64,000 nt of DNA from Flavobacteriales bacterium (GTDB taxonomy: Bacteria > Bacteroidota > Bacteroidia > NS11-12g > UBA955): NCBI GenBank assembly GCA_947463125.1, contig CANHQZ010000005.1, positions 2,575 through 66,574 on the forward strand, read 5' to 3'. Position numbers and translations under genes: made by a program. The notes below the pieces were generated by a model that had not been told where the DNA came from, did not search any database, and saw only the letters and a program-made list of their open reading frames with translations. This document shows, piece after piece, positions 27,892-36,114 of the stretch. Within the stretch, counting starts at the first letter, position 1; every line of letters begins with the position of its first letter.

Positions 27892-28952
27892 GGTTTGGAT
27901 GGCTTGTTTGGCGAAACTTTTACGGCAATGCCCGGCTTCACAAACATCAGCCCGCCTGTAATGATTGAATCACCGGCCTGCAGGCCCGATAAAATCAAGA
28001 TGCTGCTATCATTTCGGGTACCTGTGGTGACATCGCGGGGTTCGGCTTTGCCTTCTTTAATGACAAATACACGGTTTCCTTTCAGTACGGGTAGCAGCGC
28101 ACCTGCAGGTATACGCATGGCGGGTGCGGGTGCGGTTTTGCGCACCAAAACCGTTACCATATCGCCAGGCTCGGCTTCGGTTGTGGATTTCAGGGTTGCG
28201 CGGGTTTCAAACGTGCCTGCCACCGCATCGGATGAAGGTTCTATGCTGTAAATGCGGGCGTTAACTACAGAACCCGAGCTGAGTTTTACGGACAGTTCAG
28301 AACCTTCCTTTAAGCCTTGCCTAAAGGCGGATGGCAAATAACACTTTACTTTAAGAGATTGATTCTGGTAAAGGGTTGCAATTTGTGTTGCGGTATTAAC
28401 TGTAGCACCTACACTAACGCCCCTGTTCCCTATTTTTCCCGCAAAGGGAGCTTTTATCTCGGTTTTGGCAATCTGTGCGGCATTCAGCTCCAGATCGGCC
28501 TGCAAGGCCTCCACATTCACCTGAGAGGCTTCTAAAACCTCGCGCGAAATGGCCTTGGCTTCAAATAATTTGCGGTTGCGTTCGGCATCGGTATTCGCCT
28601 GTGTGAGTTGCGCCTTCAGTTTTTTACGCTGTGCCTGCCATTCCGCATCGTTGAGCTTTATGAGCAACTGTCCGGCAGAAACACCCGAGCCTTCCTGAAA
28701 AAAGATACCTGTAATTTTACCGGACATTTCAGGCTGCAGAACCACCATTTCAGAAGGCATAACGGTTCCGGAAACAGAAATTTCATCGCTGAATTCCGTG
28801 GGTTGCACCACCATTGCGCTTACCTTTACAAAAGCGGCACTAGGTTTGTTTTCTTCGGTTTGTTTGGGCGTCGGGAAAAACTTCCACTTCAGAAACGCCA
28901 GCAATAGCACCGCAATTAAGAATATATACCAGCCTTTGTGTATTTTCTTCAT
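27888..28952 (-). CDS. RND efflux periplasmic adaptor (MFP/HlyD family)
   Basis: 354 aa with a signal anchor and lipoyl/coiled-coil/beta-barrel pattern. Translationally coupled to the RND gene. Confidence 0.9.
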   Translation of the reverse strand: MKKIHKGWYIFLIAVLLLAFLKWKFFPTPKQTEENKPSAAFVKVSAMVVQPTEFSDEISVSGTVMPSEMVVLQPEMSGKITGIFFQEGSGVSAGQLLIKLNDAEWQAQRKKLKAQLTQANTDAERNRKLFEAKAISREVLEASQVNVEALQADLELNAAQIAKTEIKAPFAGKIGNRGVSVGATVNTATQIATLYQNQSLKVKCYLPSAFRQGLKEGSELSVKLSSGSVVNARIYSIEPSSDAVAGTFETRATLKSTTEAEPGDMVTVLVRKTAPAPAMRIPAGALLPVLKGNRVFVIKEGKAEPRDVTTGTRNDSSILILSGLQAGDSIITGGLMFVKPGIAVKVSPNKPSKP

Positions 28953-29126
28953 TTAATGATAAGCGAAGGATTGAGAACAAAGGTACGTTAGATAGTTAGT
29001 AGTTGGAAGTGTAGAGTGTAGAGTGTAAAGTTTAATATCACGCAATTGAAGGAAACTTTGACAAGACCCGGATATACTGTAAGATTCCGGGATGACCTGC
29101 CTAATAAACCTATAAACAAACCACCG

Positions 29127-29699
29127 TCACTCAACACGCACGCGCACTTTTAAGGTGCAATCAAGCGGTTTGGTGGTAACGCGCCTTGCTTTCGCCGCAA
29201 CGGCATACACAAGCTTTGTTCCGCGCATGTGATCTTTCAGGTTTACATTGTCCAATACGGCCAGGCTATAAGAGGTTGCGAATGAATCGGGAATATCATC
29301 CGCTGCTACAGCCATAGTATTGTTCCAATCATTGGTGGCAGGATTGAAGGTATTAAAAAGTACCAGACCGTAATCAAAATTGGAGATATTGTTATCCGCA
29401 TCGGGATTATTTATGGTAATTTCAGCGGACTCAACTGTAATTTTCTTTACATCATCGAGGGTAAACAATCCTCCGGTTTCCGCTTTGATAATGGAATCTA
29501 CATTCAGGTAAATTTCTTGCATGTCGATTGTGTCGAACTTAGCTGTGGTCGTAATAATAGGAACGGTAAATTCTGCTTCACCACCACCGGTGGTAAACGC
29601 TTTAAACATCTTCTCCTTGAGTTTGTCACAAGAGCTGAAGGTGCCTGCTGCACAGAGCAGCAAAAATGTTGCCGATAGAATTGTAAAAGTTCTTTTCAT
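29127..29699 (-). CDS. Hypothetical lipoprotein
   Basis: 190 aa with the lipobox LLCAAGTFSSC. I recognise no family. Confidence 0.5.
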   Translation of the reverse strand: MKRTFTILSATFLLLCAAGTFSSCDKLKEKMFKAFTTGGGEAEFTVPIITTTAKFDTIDMQEIYLNVDSIIKAETGGLFTLDDVKKITVESAEITINNPDADNNISNFDYGLVLFNTFNPATNDWNNTMAVAADDIPDSFATSYSLAVLDNVNLKDHMRGTKLVYAVAAKARRVTTKPLDCTLKVRVRVE

Positions 29700-29702
29700 A
29701 AA

Positions 29703-29710
29703 ACAAAGAT
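29703..29710 (-). promoter_or_regulatory. -7 promoter motif TAtcTTTG, 3 nt upstream of the lipoprotein ATG (leaderless-type arrangement)
   Basis: The minus strand reads tataTCTTTGttttATG, an exact TAnnTTTG match. Confidence 0.45.
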
Positions 29711-29723
29711 ATAAAAGAAATTA

Positions 29724-29750
29724 AATAAAAAAAGCGGCTTTTCAGCCGCT
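29724..29750 (-). terminator. Rho-independent terminator after tRNA-Lys
   Basis: 8-bp stem aagcggct/agccgctt with loop tttc, followed by a T-run on the minus strand. Confidence 0.75.
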
Positions 29751-29752
29751 TT

Positions 29753-29825
29753 GTGATCCCGCTGGGACTCGAACCCAGGACCCATACATTAAAAGTGTAT
29801 TGCTCTACCAACTGAGCTACGGAAT
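29753..29825 (-). tRNA. tRNA-Lys (anticodon TTT)
   Basis: Manual cloverleaf on the minus strand: acceptor GATTCCG/CGGGATC, D arm AGCTCAGTTGGTAGAGC, anticodon arm ATACA-CTTTTAA-TGTAT, T arm CTGGG-TTCGAGT-CCCAG. Confidence 0.95.
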
Positions 29826-29882
29826 CATCCCGTTTTTGGGACTGCAAAATTATGGATTGTCTTGGGTTATCCCAAACCTTTT

Positions 29883-30989
29883 TTAAAAATTTTTGCGATA
29901 GGTGAAATGAACCTTCGCAGTATAGGCTCCCAAAGACTCAAGCATACTGAGCATTTTGGGATTAAAATCCCCAATCCAGGCAAGTTCTGCTACTGTTATC
30001 TGCGGATTCTTTTTCAGACATTCATAAAACGTCATAATCATACCGGTTTCTACTCCCAGGTTCTGGAAATCGGGTACCACCCCAAATACGATACCCCGAA
30101 CTTTATTGATATTGCGGCGCATCCACAGAAAACGAAGCATATTCCAAACCGAGAGTTTTCCTGCAAAATGCCGAAATACCTGATTCACCTCCAGAATGCT
30201 TACGTAAAACCCGATTGGCCTGTCATCAGCATAAGCAAAAACGGCAAAATCTCCCGGCAATACGGGCTTTACCTTCTTTAACCTGGCCATCATTTTTTCC
30301 ATCGTGAGGGGCTTAAAATCTTCGTGGTGTGCCCAGGCCTCGTTGTAAATTCGCACAAAATCGGCAGAAAATTTATCCAGTCGGCTGTAATCCAGGCTTA
30401 CAAAGCGGTATTTGGGATTTGACAGCACCCTTCCAGCCAGTCTGCCAAAGCGCTCTACATTGAGAACATCGTAGGTGATATCACAGGTTTTTTGTTCAAA
30501 TATTTTTTCAAATCCGTAATCCTCGAAAAAACCGCGGTAGTATGCAGGCTGATACGACTCACGGTAGCTGGGATAGGAATGCTTTTCTACCAGTAGCCCC
30601 CAGAAACTGTCACGGTCACCAAAATTCACGGGACCATCCATGTAGGAAAGCCCATTTTCCTGAAGCCAGTTTTTGCAAGCATCAAACAAACAGCACGCAG
30701 CATCTTTGTTGTTGATGCACTCAAAGAATCCCATACCCCCCATGCGTTCACCGCTGTTTTTGGTTTGGTAAAATGCAGCAACCCTGCCTATGGCTTTGTT
30801 TCCGTCAAACAACACCCAACGAACGATATCTCCTCCCTCAAAGGCCGGATTTTGTTTTGGGTCAAAAACTTCTTCCACATCTTTGGTGATGGGCTGTATG
30901 TAATCAGGATCGTTTTTGTAAACAAGTTTGGCAACGGCATGAAAATCGGCGATTGAAGCCTGTGCGGGAACTTGTTTTAGGTTGTACAT
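29883..30989 (-). CDS. Conserved hypothetical protein, probably a two-domain GNAT-like acyltransferase
   Basis: 368 aa. I recall the pattern FFECINNKDAA...MDGPVNFGDRDSFWGLLVE...YY..FFEDYGF from Bacteroidota proteins labelled as GNAT. This is a call from memory, not a search result. Confidence 0.4.
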   Translation of the reverse strand: MYNLKQVPAQASIADFHAVAKLVYKNDPDYIQPITKDVEEVFDPKQNPAFEGGDIVRWVLFDGNKAIGRVAAFYQTKNSGERMGGMGFFECINNKDAACCLFDACKNWLQENGLSYMDGPVNFGDRDSFWGLLVEKHSYPSYRESYQPAYYRGFFEDYGFEKIFEQKTCDITYDVLNVERFGRLAGRVLSNPKYRFVSLDYSRLDKFSADFVRIYNEAWAHHEDFKPLTMEKMMARLKKVKPVLPGDFAVFAYADDRPIGFYVSILEVNQVFRHFAGKLSVWNMLRFLWMRRNINKVRGIVFGVVPDFQNLGVETGMIMTFYECLKKNPQITVAELAWIGDFNPKMLSMLESLGAYTAKVHFTYRKNF

Positions 30990-31017
30990 GCTACAAATTT
31001 AGTGAATGACAGGCAGT

Positions 31018-32421
31018 TTATCTTTCTTCAGCTTCCAGCGACATCTCCTCATCGCCCTTTTGGTAAAGCATGTAGGTAAGAATAAACTGAAACATTTCAT
31101 CGCCTGCACGCATACTGGCACCGCCGTATTCCAGGCGCTCTCCTACCCTTTTGGGCGGCCGGTTTGGATTGTTGGGATTGGCAGTGGTATTGTCAAATTC
31201 CGCCTCGGATACAATCCAGGTCCCCGCAGGCAAATGCACAGGTTTTTTGAACGTGTAAAAATACTGCCACCTGAAATCCCATTTGGGAATAGAAATGAGC
31301 TTTACAGTATCTCCGTTGGGTTTCACGGCATATCCTTTGATGCTTTTGCCCAGCAAGTGCAAATGCGGATTTACCGTGAGCAAGGAAATATCCGCATCCA
31401 CCTGAAAACGCGTACTGTGGCGGCTTCGGGTATTGGGTTCAATCTGCAGCGGTGGCACAATCGGGCTTACGCCATTGGTTCCCAGCATCAGTTCACGGGT
31501 TTCACGGGTGGGCGGCTTGTCGGTAAAAAACAGATTGATGTAGCTTCTGTCGGTGGTTTTGCGGTTTCCGGGGCCGTAATGCAAATCGTTGCCCACCACG
31601 GTAAACATTTTGGAAAGCCTGAAAGTACCAATGCCATTGGGATATGACGTGGCCTGAACACCCGGTAAATAATTCACAGCACTGTGCAACCTGAAGGGCT
31701 TACTGCCATTATCGTTCAGTAAATCCAGCTTACTGAAATCGCTATCGTATTCGCCGGAGGTGATTTCCACATTAAATGGCGGTTTTGCGTGGTTCTTTTT
31801 GGCATCGGGCTCATACATCAGGATATGCCCATTGAAGTGGTGCACCAAATTGGGCGCGCCGGCCACAAACTCTATGGCGCGCACCCAGGTATCGCGAGTC
31901 AGCAGTCCCGGAATTTTTACTAAAAAAAAGCGGTCGCGCAGGTTGGGCAACAATTCTACGGCCTGCAGCGGTAAAACCATATCCGGCTTTCCAATGTTGC
32001 TGCGCCACGCCGGGGCTTTCCAGCTCAGGTTTTCTCCGTTTTGCCCGGGGGCACAACCCTGCTCGGCCCAGCGCGCAATAGTGGCAATCTCCGCATTTGT
32101 GAGGTACTTCTCTCCCACAAAATGCGAGTACGCAGGATCAGCAGGCCATGGCGGCATGTAGCGCTTCGCTGTTACTTTGGCAATGGTTTTGGCTTTTTTC
32201 TTTACCTGTTCGTATGTGGTGAGAGGGAACGGCGCCGCGCCACTGTCACGGTGGCAGGGACTGCAATTTTTAAACACGATAGGCGCAATGTGGTCTGCAA
32301 ACGTGGGTTTATCGGGCACGCCCGCTTCCGGCTGGCTGCCGCAATGCAAAAGGAAAATTCCCGCAATCAGCGCTGTAAAAATCCGTGTGGACCGCATGCC
32401 TGTGCAAAGGTAAAACATCAC
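31018..32421 (-). CDS. Lipoprotein with an N-terminal c-type cytochrome domain fused to a copper type II (PHM/DBH-like) monooxygenase-like domain
   Basis: Lipobox FLLHCGS and a heme motif CSPCH (32251-32265) in the context IAPIVFKNCSPCH...KRYMPPWP. Candidate copper ligands are HHFNGH, a later H, NPHLHLLG (HxH) and a distal Met. Confidence 0.55.
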   Translation of the reverse strand: MMFYLCTGMRSTRIFTALIAGIFLLHCGSQPEAGVPDKPTFADHIAPIVFKNCSPCHRDSGAAPFPLTTYEQVKKKAKTIAKVTAKRYMPPWPADPAYSHFVGEKYLTNAEIATIARWAEQGCAPGQNGENLSWKAPAWRSNIGKPDMVLPLQAVELLPNLRDRFFLVKIPGLLTRDTWVRAIEFVAGAPNLVHHFNGHILMYEPDAKKNHAKPPFNVEITSGEYDSDFSKLDLLNDNGSKPFRLHSAVNYLPGVQATSYPNGIGTFRLSKMFTVVGNDLHYGPGNRKTTDRSYINLFFTDKPPTRETRELMLGTNGVSPIVPPLQIEPNTRSRHSTRFQVDADISLLTVNPHLHLLGKSIKGYAVKPNGDTVKLISIPKWDFRWQYFYTFKKPVHLPAGTWIVSEAEFDNTTANPNNPNRPPKRVGERLEYGGASMRAGDEMFQFILTYMLYQKGDEEMSLEAEER

Positions 32422-33035
32422 TCGATATAACAGCCCACCGCTTTGGTTTCAGCAATTCCGGGTTTTTGTCCGTTGCGCAATGCTTTCAGGGCATCTTTCA
32501 AATAATGTTCGGTGGCATACTGCCTTTTTTTGCCTGTATCATACGACCAGTTGTCAATGGCGCCGCTGTACCAAACCTTATTGCTGCTGTCTACCACAAA
32601 AACCTCGGGCGTGGTGGTAGCCTTGAATATATCGGCTATATAACGCACATCCTTGCCGGCGCTGTATTCAAGCGGCATAAAATAACTACTGTCGGTCGCA
32701 GCATCTGCGTCAATCCTCAGGCCCACAAACAAAAAACGGGGATCCGAGGCATATTCCCCGCGGAGGGAATCAAGCATGGGCTTGTAATTATTGCAAAGCG
32801 GACAATCCTTGCTGAGAAAAAAAATTACATTAAATAAGGCCGGTTTTTCTATATCCAGTGCGGCATTGTGCAGGCGGTGAATTACAGACTCCTGTTTTGC
32901 CACATCCGGTTTACCACCATCTTCCATTGCCAATGAGATTAGGCCACGGTATCCACTGACACCTGCAATTATCACCAAAAGAAGCAACAACGACAGCTGC
33001 AGCCATTGTTTGCGGGTGAACTGAAATGTACCCAT
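32418..33035 (-). CDS. Membrane-anchored thioredoxin-fold protein (TlpA/redoxin-like)
   Basis: 205 aa with an N-terminal TM helix and a CPLC active-site motif (FFLSKDCPLCNNY). Overlaps the downstream gene by 4 nt. Confidence 0.6.
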   Translation of the reverse strand: MGTFQFTRKQWLQLSLLLLLVIIAGVSGYRGLISLAMEDGGKPDVAKQESVIHRLHNAALDIEKPALFNVIFFLSKDCPLCNNYKPMLDSLRGEYASDPRFLFVGLRIDADAATDSSYFMPLEYSAGKDVRYIADIFKATTTPEVFVVDSSNKVWYSGAIDNWSYDTGKKRQYATEHYLKDALKALRNGQKPGIAETKAVGCYIE

Positions 33036-33038
33036 GGT

Positions 33039-35177
33039 TTATTTCATTACCTGAAAGGCTTTGACAAACTTTACGCCCAGGTTGCGGTTGGGCGGAATGT
33101 AGTCCTTCCATTTGTCGTTGTTTTTCATTCGTTCTTCCATGCCTGCCCATAGCGTATTCCAAACAATTTCGCCTGTTCCCGTACGCATCATTTCGCACAT
33201 ATCTTTCAGCAGTTCGTTATTTACGGTCCAGGTGCCAATCTGCTTGCTGCTCACAATCTGCGCATCAGAGGCGTTTTCGAGCACCCTGCTAATATTTTGG
33301 TAGCCGCCGCAACTGCCCAGAACAGCTACCTTTGTATTTCCCGTAAGCACTTCAATGGTTGTTTGCAGGTGGTAACTGTGACCACGGTGCACCACAATAT
33401 CCGGATATCGCTTTTCCTTTTCAAACAGCGCCATGAGATTGGCCAGTCCCTTTTCCACACCGGGTTTATTCATATACAGTACGATTTTTCGGCCCTCTAC
33501 ACTCTCAATTTTCAGGTAATCCTCGGTTTCTGATAGTTTATAGTTTTTATCCGATGAATACTTGGATTTAAAGGACTTGAAGGCCGCGTTTCCATCCTCA
33601 TCATCATAAAATATATGCTGCTGCACGTTTTTCCCGTCAGGAAACATCAGCTCAGCCTCCACGCGGGTAAGCTCGGGTACTTTGTATTTCACAGAAATGC
33701 CGGTCACCAGTACCGGATTTTTACCTGCCAGTTTATACAGCAGTCCATAAATCTTCATGCCATAGCGGTTATCCGCCAGGTAACAACGCCGCAATTCCTT
33801 GTGAATACGGGCAATCATCTTCTCGCGAATGAGCGAATCGGACAAAGAACCGAAGATATCGGCCACTTCCACAGCCGGTCCAAGGTTTCCGCCAGTCATA
33901 TCCAGGTGTTTTACAATTTCAATTACAAATTGCTCCTGCTCTTCTGGAGACATGGTATTTAGCACCGGTTGCAATGTATTATACCCGGCACAGGTTTGAA
34001 CAAACGTTCTGAACCGGTTGAAGCCCATTTTATTAAAAAACACATACATGCTGCTGTCGGGACGCCGTTGCATCATGCGTTTAAACAATCCCAGAAAGGT
34101 GCTGGTGAAGATTTCATCACGGCTGTAAACAATGAGGTTGTACAGCTCTTCGGCACTTAGGTTTTCGGCCAGTTTAAAGCGTATTTTCTCGTTTTTCTCG
34201 TCATGCAGCAGGTTTATCTTGCGAATGACCTTGATGCTATGGTGCGCCATTTCTGCATCCACGGAATAGCTGCCCAGAATTTCGGGGTTTCTTCTGAGTG
34301 AACACAATTTGGTGAACCAGGCATCTTCATCGGCGGCCAGTTTTTCACTTTGGGCAACCGTAAGTTCCCCGTGATAAACCATGTGAACATTAGTATAGCT
34401 GCTGCTGCTTCTGCCATAGGCGCGATAAATATCATACAGCATGGAAACCACAGAATCTTTGCTGCTGACAAGTACGTTATTTACCGGATGTAATGTGCCA
34501 ATAAACTGCTTGATGGCGTTGGGATCATTTTTGGCCACGGTTTCCAATACTTTCAGAATCCACGTTTCCCGCTGATAATCTGCGTGTTTGGTCAGCACAT
34601 CATAGGGTCTTTTCGCGGCAGCAAACAGCATCACCTCGGGTGCGCATGCCCTTTTCACGAAGTACGGAATAATTTCCAGTGCCACAAAAAGGTTGTTTTT
34701 CAGCAGTTCGCGGTCTTTTTGCGCCCCCTGATTTTTAGCCAGTTCCAGCACAGCGGCATAATACTGATCATAATAGCCTAAAAACCTCACGGTTCCTGCA
34801 TTTACACCCTGCAAAGAACCTATCAGTTGCCGATAAAAAGGTTCGTATTCTGCTTTGGGAAAACTGCTTTTCTCCAGTGCGGCCTGAATTTGATCCACAC
34901 GGTTAAAATAGACCTGACGTGCCCGGTCAAACTGGGCCCGTGAGGAATATCCGGCACTGGTATCTGCTTTGCCATCAAGCAGGTCGATGCGGCGCTGTTC
35001 AGCATCGCAGAGTTTTATCAGTTCATCTTTTTTCTGGGCAAATAAATTACTGAAACAACCTAGCGTAAAGACGACAAATGTGGTGCGCAGAAATGCCACA
35101 GCACTATGCCTGCCGCTACGGAAACGTTGAGCGAATGCTTGGTGCCTGCCTGTGGAATTTCTATACATGCGTTGCAA
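33039..35177 (-). CDS. Large conserved hypothetical secreted protein (up to 712 aa)
   Basis: Long ORF with coding-like composition. The likely true start is the GTG at 35099, which yields the signal peptide MAFLRTTFVVFTLGCFSNLFAQ. The body is helical, and the C-terminal alpha/beta module contains a His...Cys pair. Confidence 0.6.
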   Translation of the reverse strand: MQRMYRNSTGRHQAFAQRFRSGRHSAVAFLRTTFVVFTLGCFSNLFAQKKDELIKLCDAEQRRIDLLDGKADTSAGYSSRAQFDRARQVYFNRVDQIQAALEKSSFPKAEYEPFYRQLIGSLQGVNAGTVRFLGYYDQYYAAVLELAKNQGAQKDRELLKNNLFVALEIIPYFVKRACAPEVMLFAAAKRPYDVLTKHADYQRETWILKVLETVAKNDPNAIKQFIGTLHPVNNVLVSSKDSVVSMLYDIYRAYGRSSSSYTNVHMVYHGELTVAQSEKLAADEDAWFTKLCSLRRNPEILGSYSVDAEMAHHSIKVIRKINLLHDEKNEKIRFKLAENLSAEELYNLIVYSRDEIFTSTFLGLFKRMMQRRPDSSMYVFFNKMGFNRFRTFVQTCAGYNTLQPVLNTMSPEEQEQFVIEIVKHLDMTGGNLGPAVEVADIFGSLSDSLIREKMIARIHKELRRCYLADNRYGMKIYGLLYKLAGKNPVLVTGISVKYKVPELTRVEAELMFPDGKNVQQHIFYDDEDGNAAFKSFKSKYSSDKNYKLSETEDYLKIESVEGRKIVLYMNKPGVEKGLANLMALFEKEKRYPDIVVHRGHSYHLQTTIEVLTGNTKVAVLGSCGGYQNISRVLENASDAQIVSSKQIGTWTVNNELLKDMCEMMRTGTGEIVWNTLWAGMEERMKNNDKWKDYIPPNRNLGVKFVKAFQVMK

Positions 35178-35596
35178 AGTTCCAAAACTTCTGACTGAAT
35201 ACCATCAATTTCGTTGCCAAAAATAACAGCTACAGGTTGATTGGGCACCGAAAATTCCTGCAAAGGCAAAGACTGTGTGGTTTGTTCCACCCCAATAATA
35301 TAATAACCCTGTTGTTTTAATTCCAAAACAGCGGCCTGTGTATCGGCAAAATACGCCCACAATACAGAACGGTCGGCACCAAGGGCTGTTTTGGTAATGT
35401 CGCGGTGCGGCGGCCGGGCCGTAATACCACACAACACCAGTTTTTCGCACCGAAAAGCATCGGCAGTGCGAAAAAAAGAACCTACGTTGTGCATGCTGCG
35501 AATATTGTCCAGCACCGCTACCATGGGCAATTTATTTGCCTGCCGGAAATCTTCAGTACTCAAACGGTTCAGCTCCTGCAAACGCAATTTCCTCAT
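35060..35596 (-). CDS. SpoU/TrmH family RNA 2'-O-methyltransferase
   Basis: Contains LDNIRSMHNVGSFFRTADAF, IFGNEIDGI and IPQAGTKHSLNVSVAAGIVLW (the three SpoU motifs). Confidence 0.85.
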   Translation of the reverse strand: MRKLRLQELNRLSTEDFRQANKLPMVAVLDNIRSMHNVGSFFRTADAFRCEKLVLCGITARPPHRDITKTALGADRSVLWAYFADTQAAVLELKQQGYYIIGVEQTTQSLPLQEFSVPNQPVAVIFGNEIDGIQSEVLELCNACIEIPQAGTKHSLNVSVAAGIVLWHFCAPHLSSLR

Positions 35597-35690
35597 ATAA
35601 AAAGATGCTACAAAGATGAAGTGAATTGACCAAAAAACAGGACTTTGTTGAAAAAGGCAAACTTCTATTTGAAAAACACAAACATTTCCT

Positions 35691-35698
35691 TATCTTTG
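35691..35698 (+). promoter_or_regulatory. -7 promoter motif TAtcTTTG with a -33 TTTG (35668-35671) for rplS
   Basis: Exact TAnnTTTG match with 19-nt spacing to an upstream TTTG, 19 nt upstream of the rplS ATG. Confidence 0.55.
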
Positions 35699-35717
35699 CA
35701 CCCCAATTCTTAAGAAC

Positions 35718-36065
35718 ATGAATCCGATTGTTAAATCCATCACGAGCGAATATTTGCGCAACGATATTCCGGATTTTAAAGCCGGTGACCGCGTTACGGT
35801 TCACTATAAAATCAAAGAAGGAAACAAAGAGCGTATTCAGCAGTTTCAAGGCGATGTAATACAGCGCAGAAACAGCGGGGTGGAAGAAACTTTCACCGTG
35901 CGCAAAATTTCCAACGGCGTAGGCGTAGAGCGTATCTTCCCTGTTAACAGCCCGTTTATCGACAAAGTTGAGGTTAACCGCCGTGGTAAAGTACGTCGTG
36001 CACGCATTTTCTACCTGCGCAAGCAAATCGGTAAAGCCGCCCGTATCAAAGAAAGAAGAGGTTAA
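35718..36065 (+). CDS. rplS: 50S ribosomal protein L19
   Basis: 115 aa. Contains [29 protein letters not shown]...[14 protein letters not shown]. Confidence 0.97.
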   Translation: MNPIVKSITSEYLRNDIPDFKAGDRVTVHYKIKEGNKERIQQFQGDVIQRRNSGVEETFTVRKISNGVGVERIFPVNSPFIDKVEVNRRGKVRRARIFYLRKQIGKAARIKERRG

Positions 36066-36087
36066 TCAACGCCTTAAAGATTATACA

Positions 36088-36114
36088 AGACCCGGTTTAT
36101 CCGGGTCTTTTTTT
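36088..36114 (+). terminator. Rho-independent terminator after rplS; overlaps the stop codon of the convergent gene
   Basis: 8-bp stem agacccgg/ccgggtct with loop tttat, followed by a T-run. Confidence 0.8.

Noticed and set aside
29008-29028. Tandem heptamer AGTGTAG x3 (third copy imperfect) upstream of the RND operon
   Set aside because: It is too short and has too few copies to call a functional repeat or a CRISPR-like element, and no matching copy occurs elsewhere in the window.
29724-29825. tRNA-Lys (and tRNA-Gly at 14180) as possible integration sites for genomic islands
   Set aside because: No integrase, direct repeat of the tRNA 3' end, or compositional shift flanks either tRNA. The neighbouring genes look like ordinary chromosomal genes.
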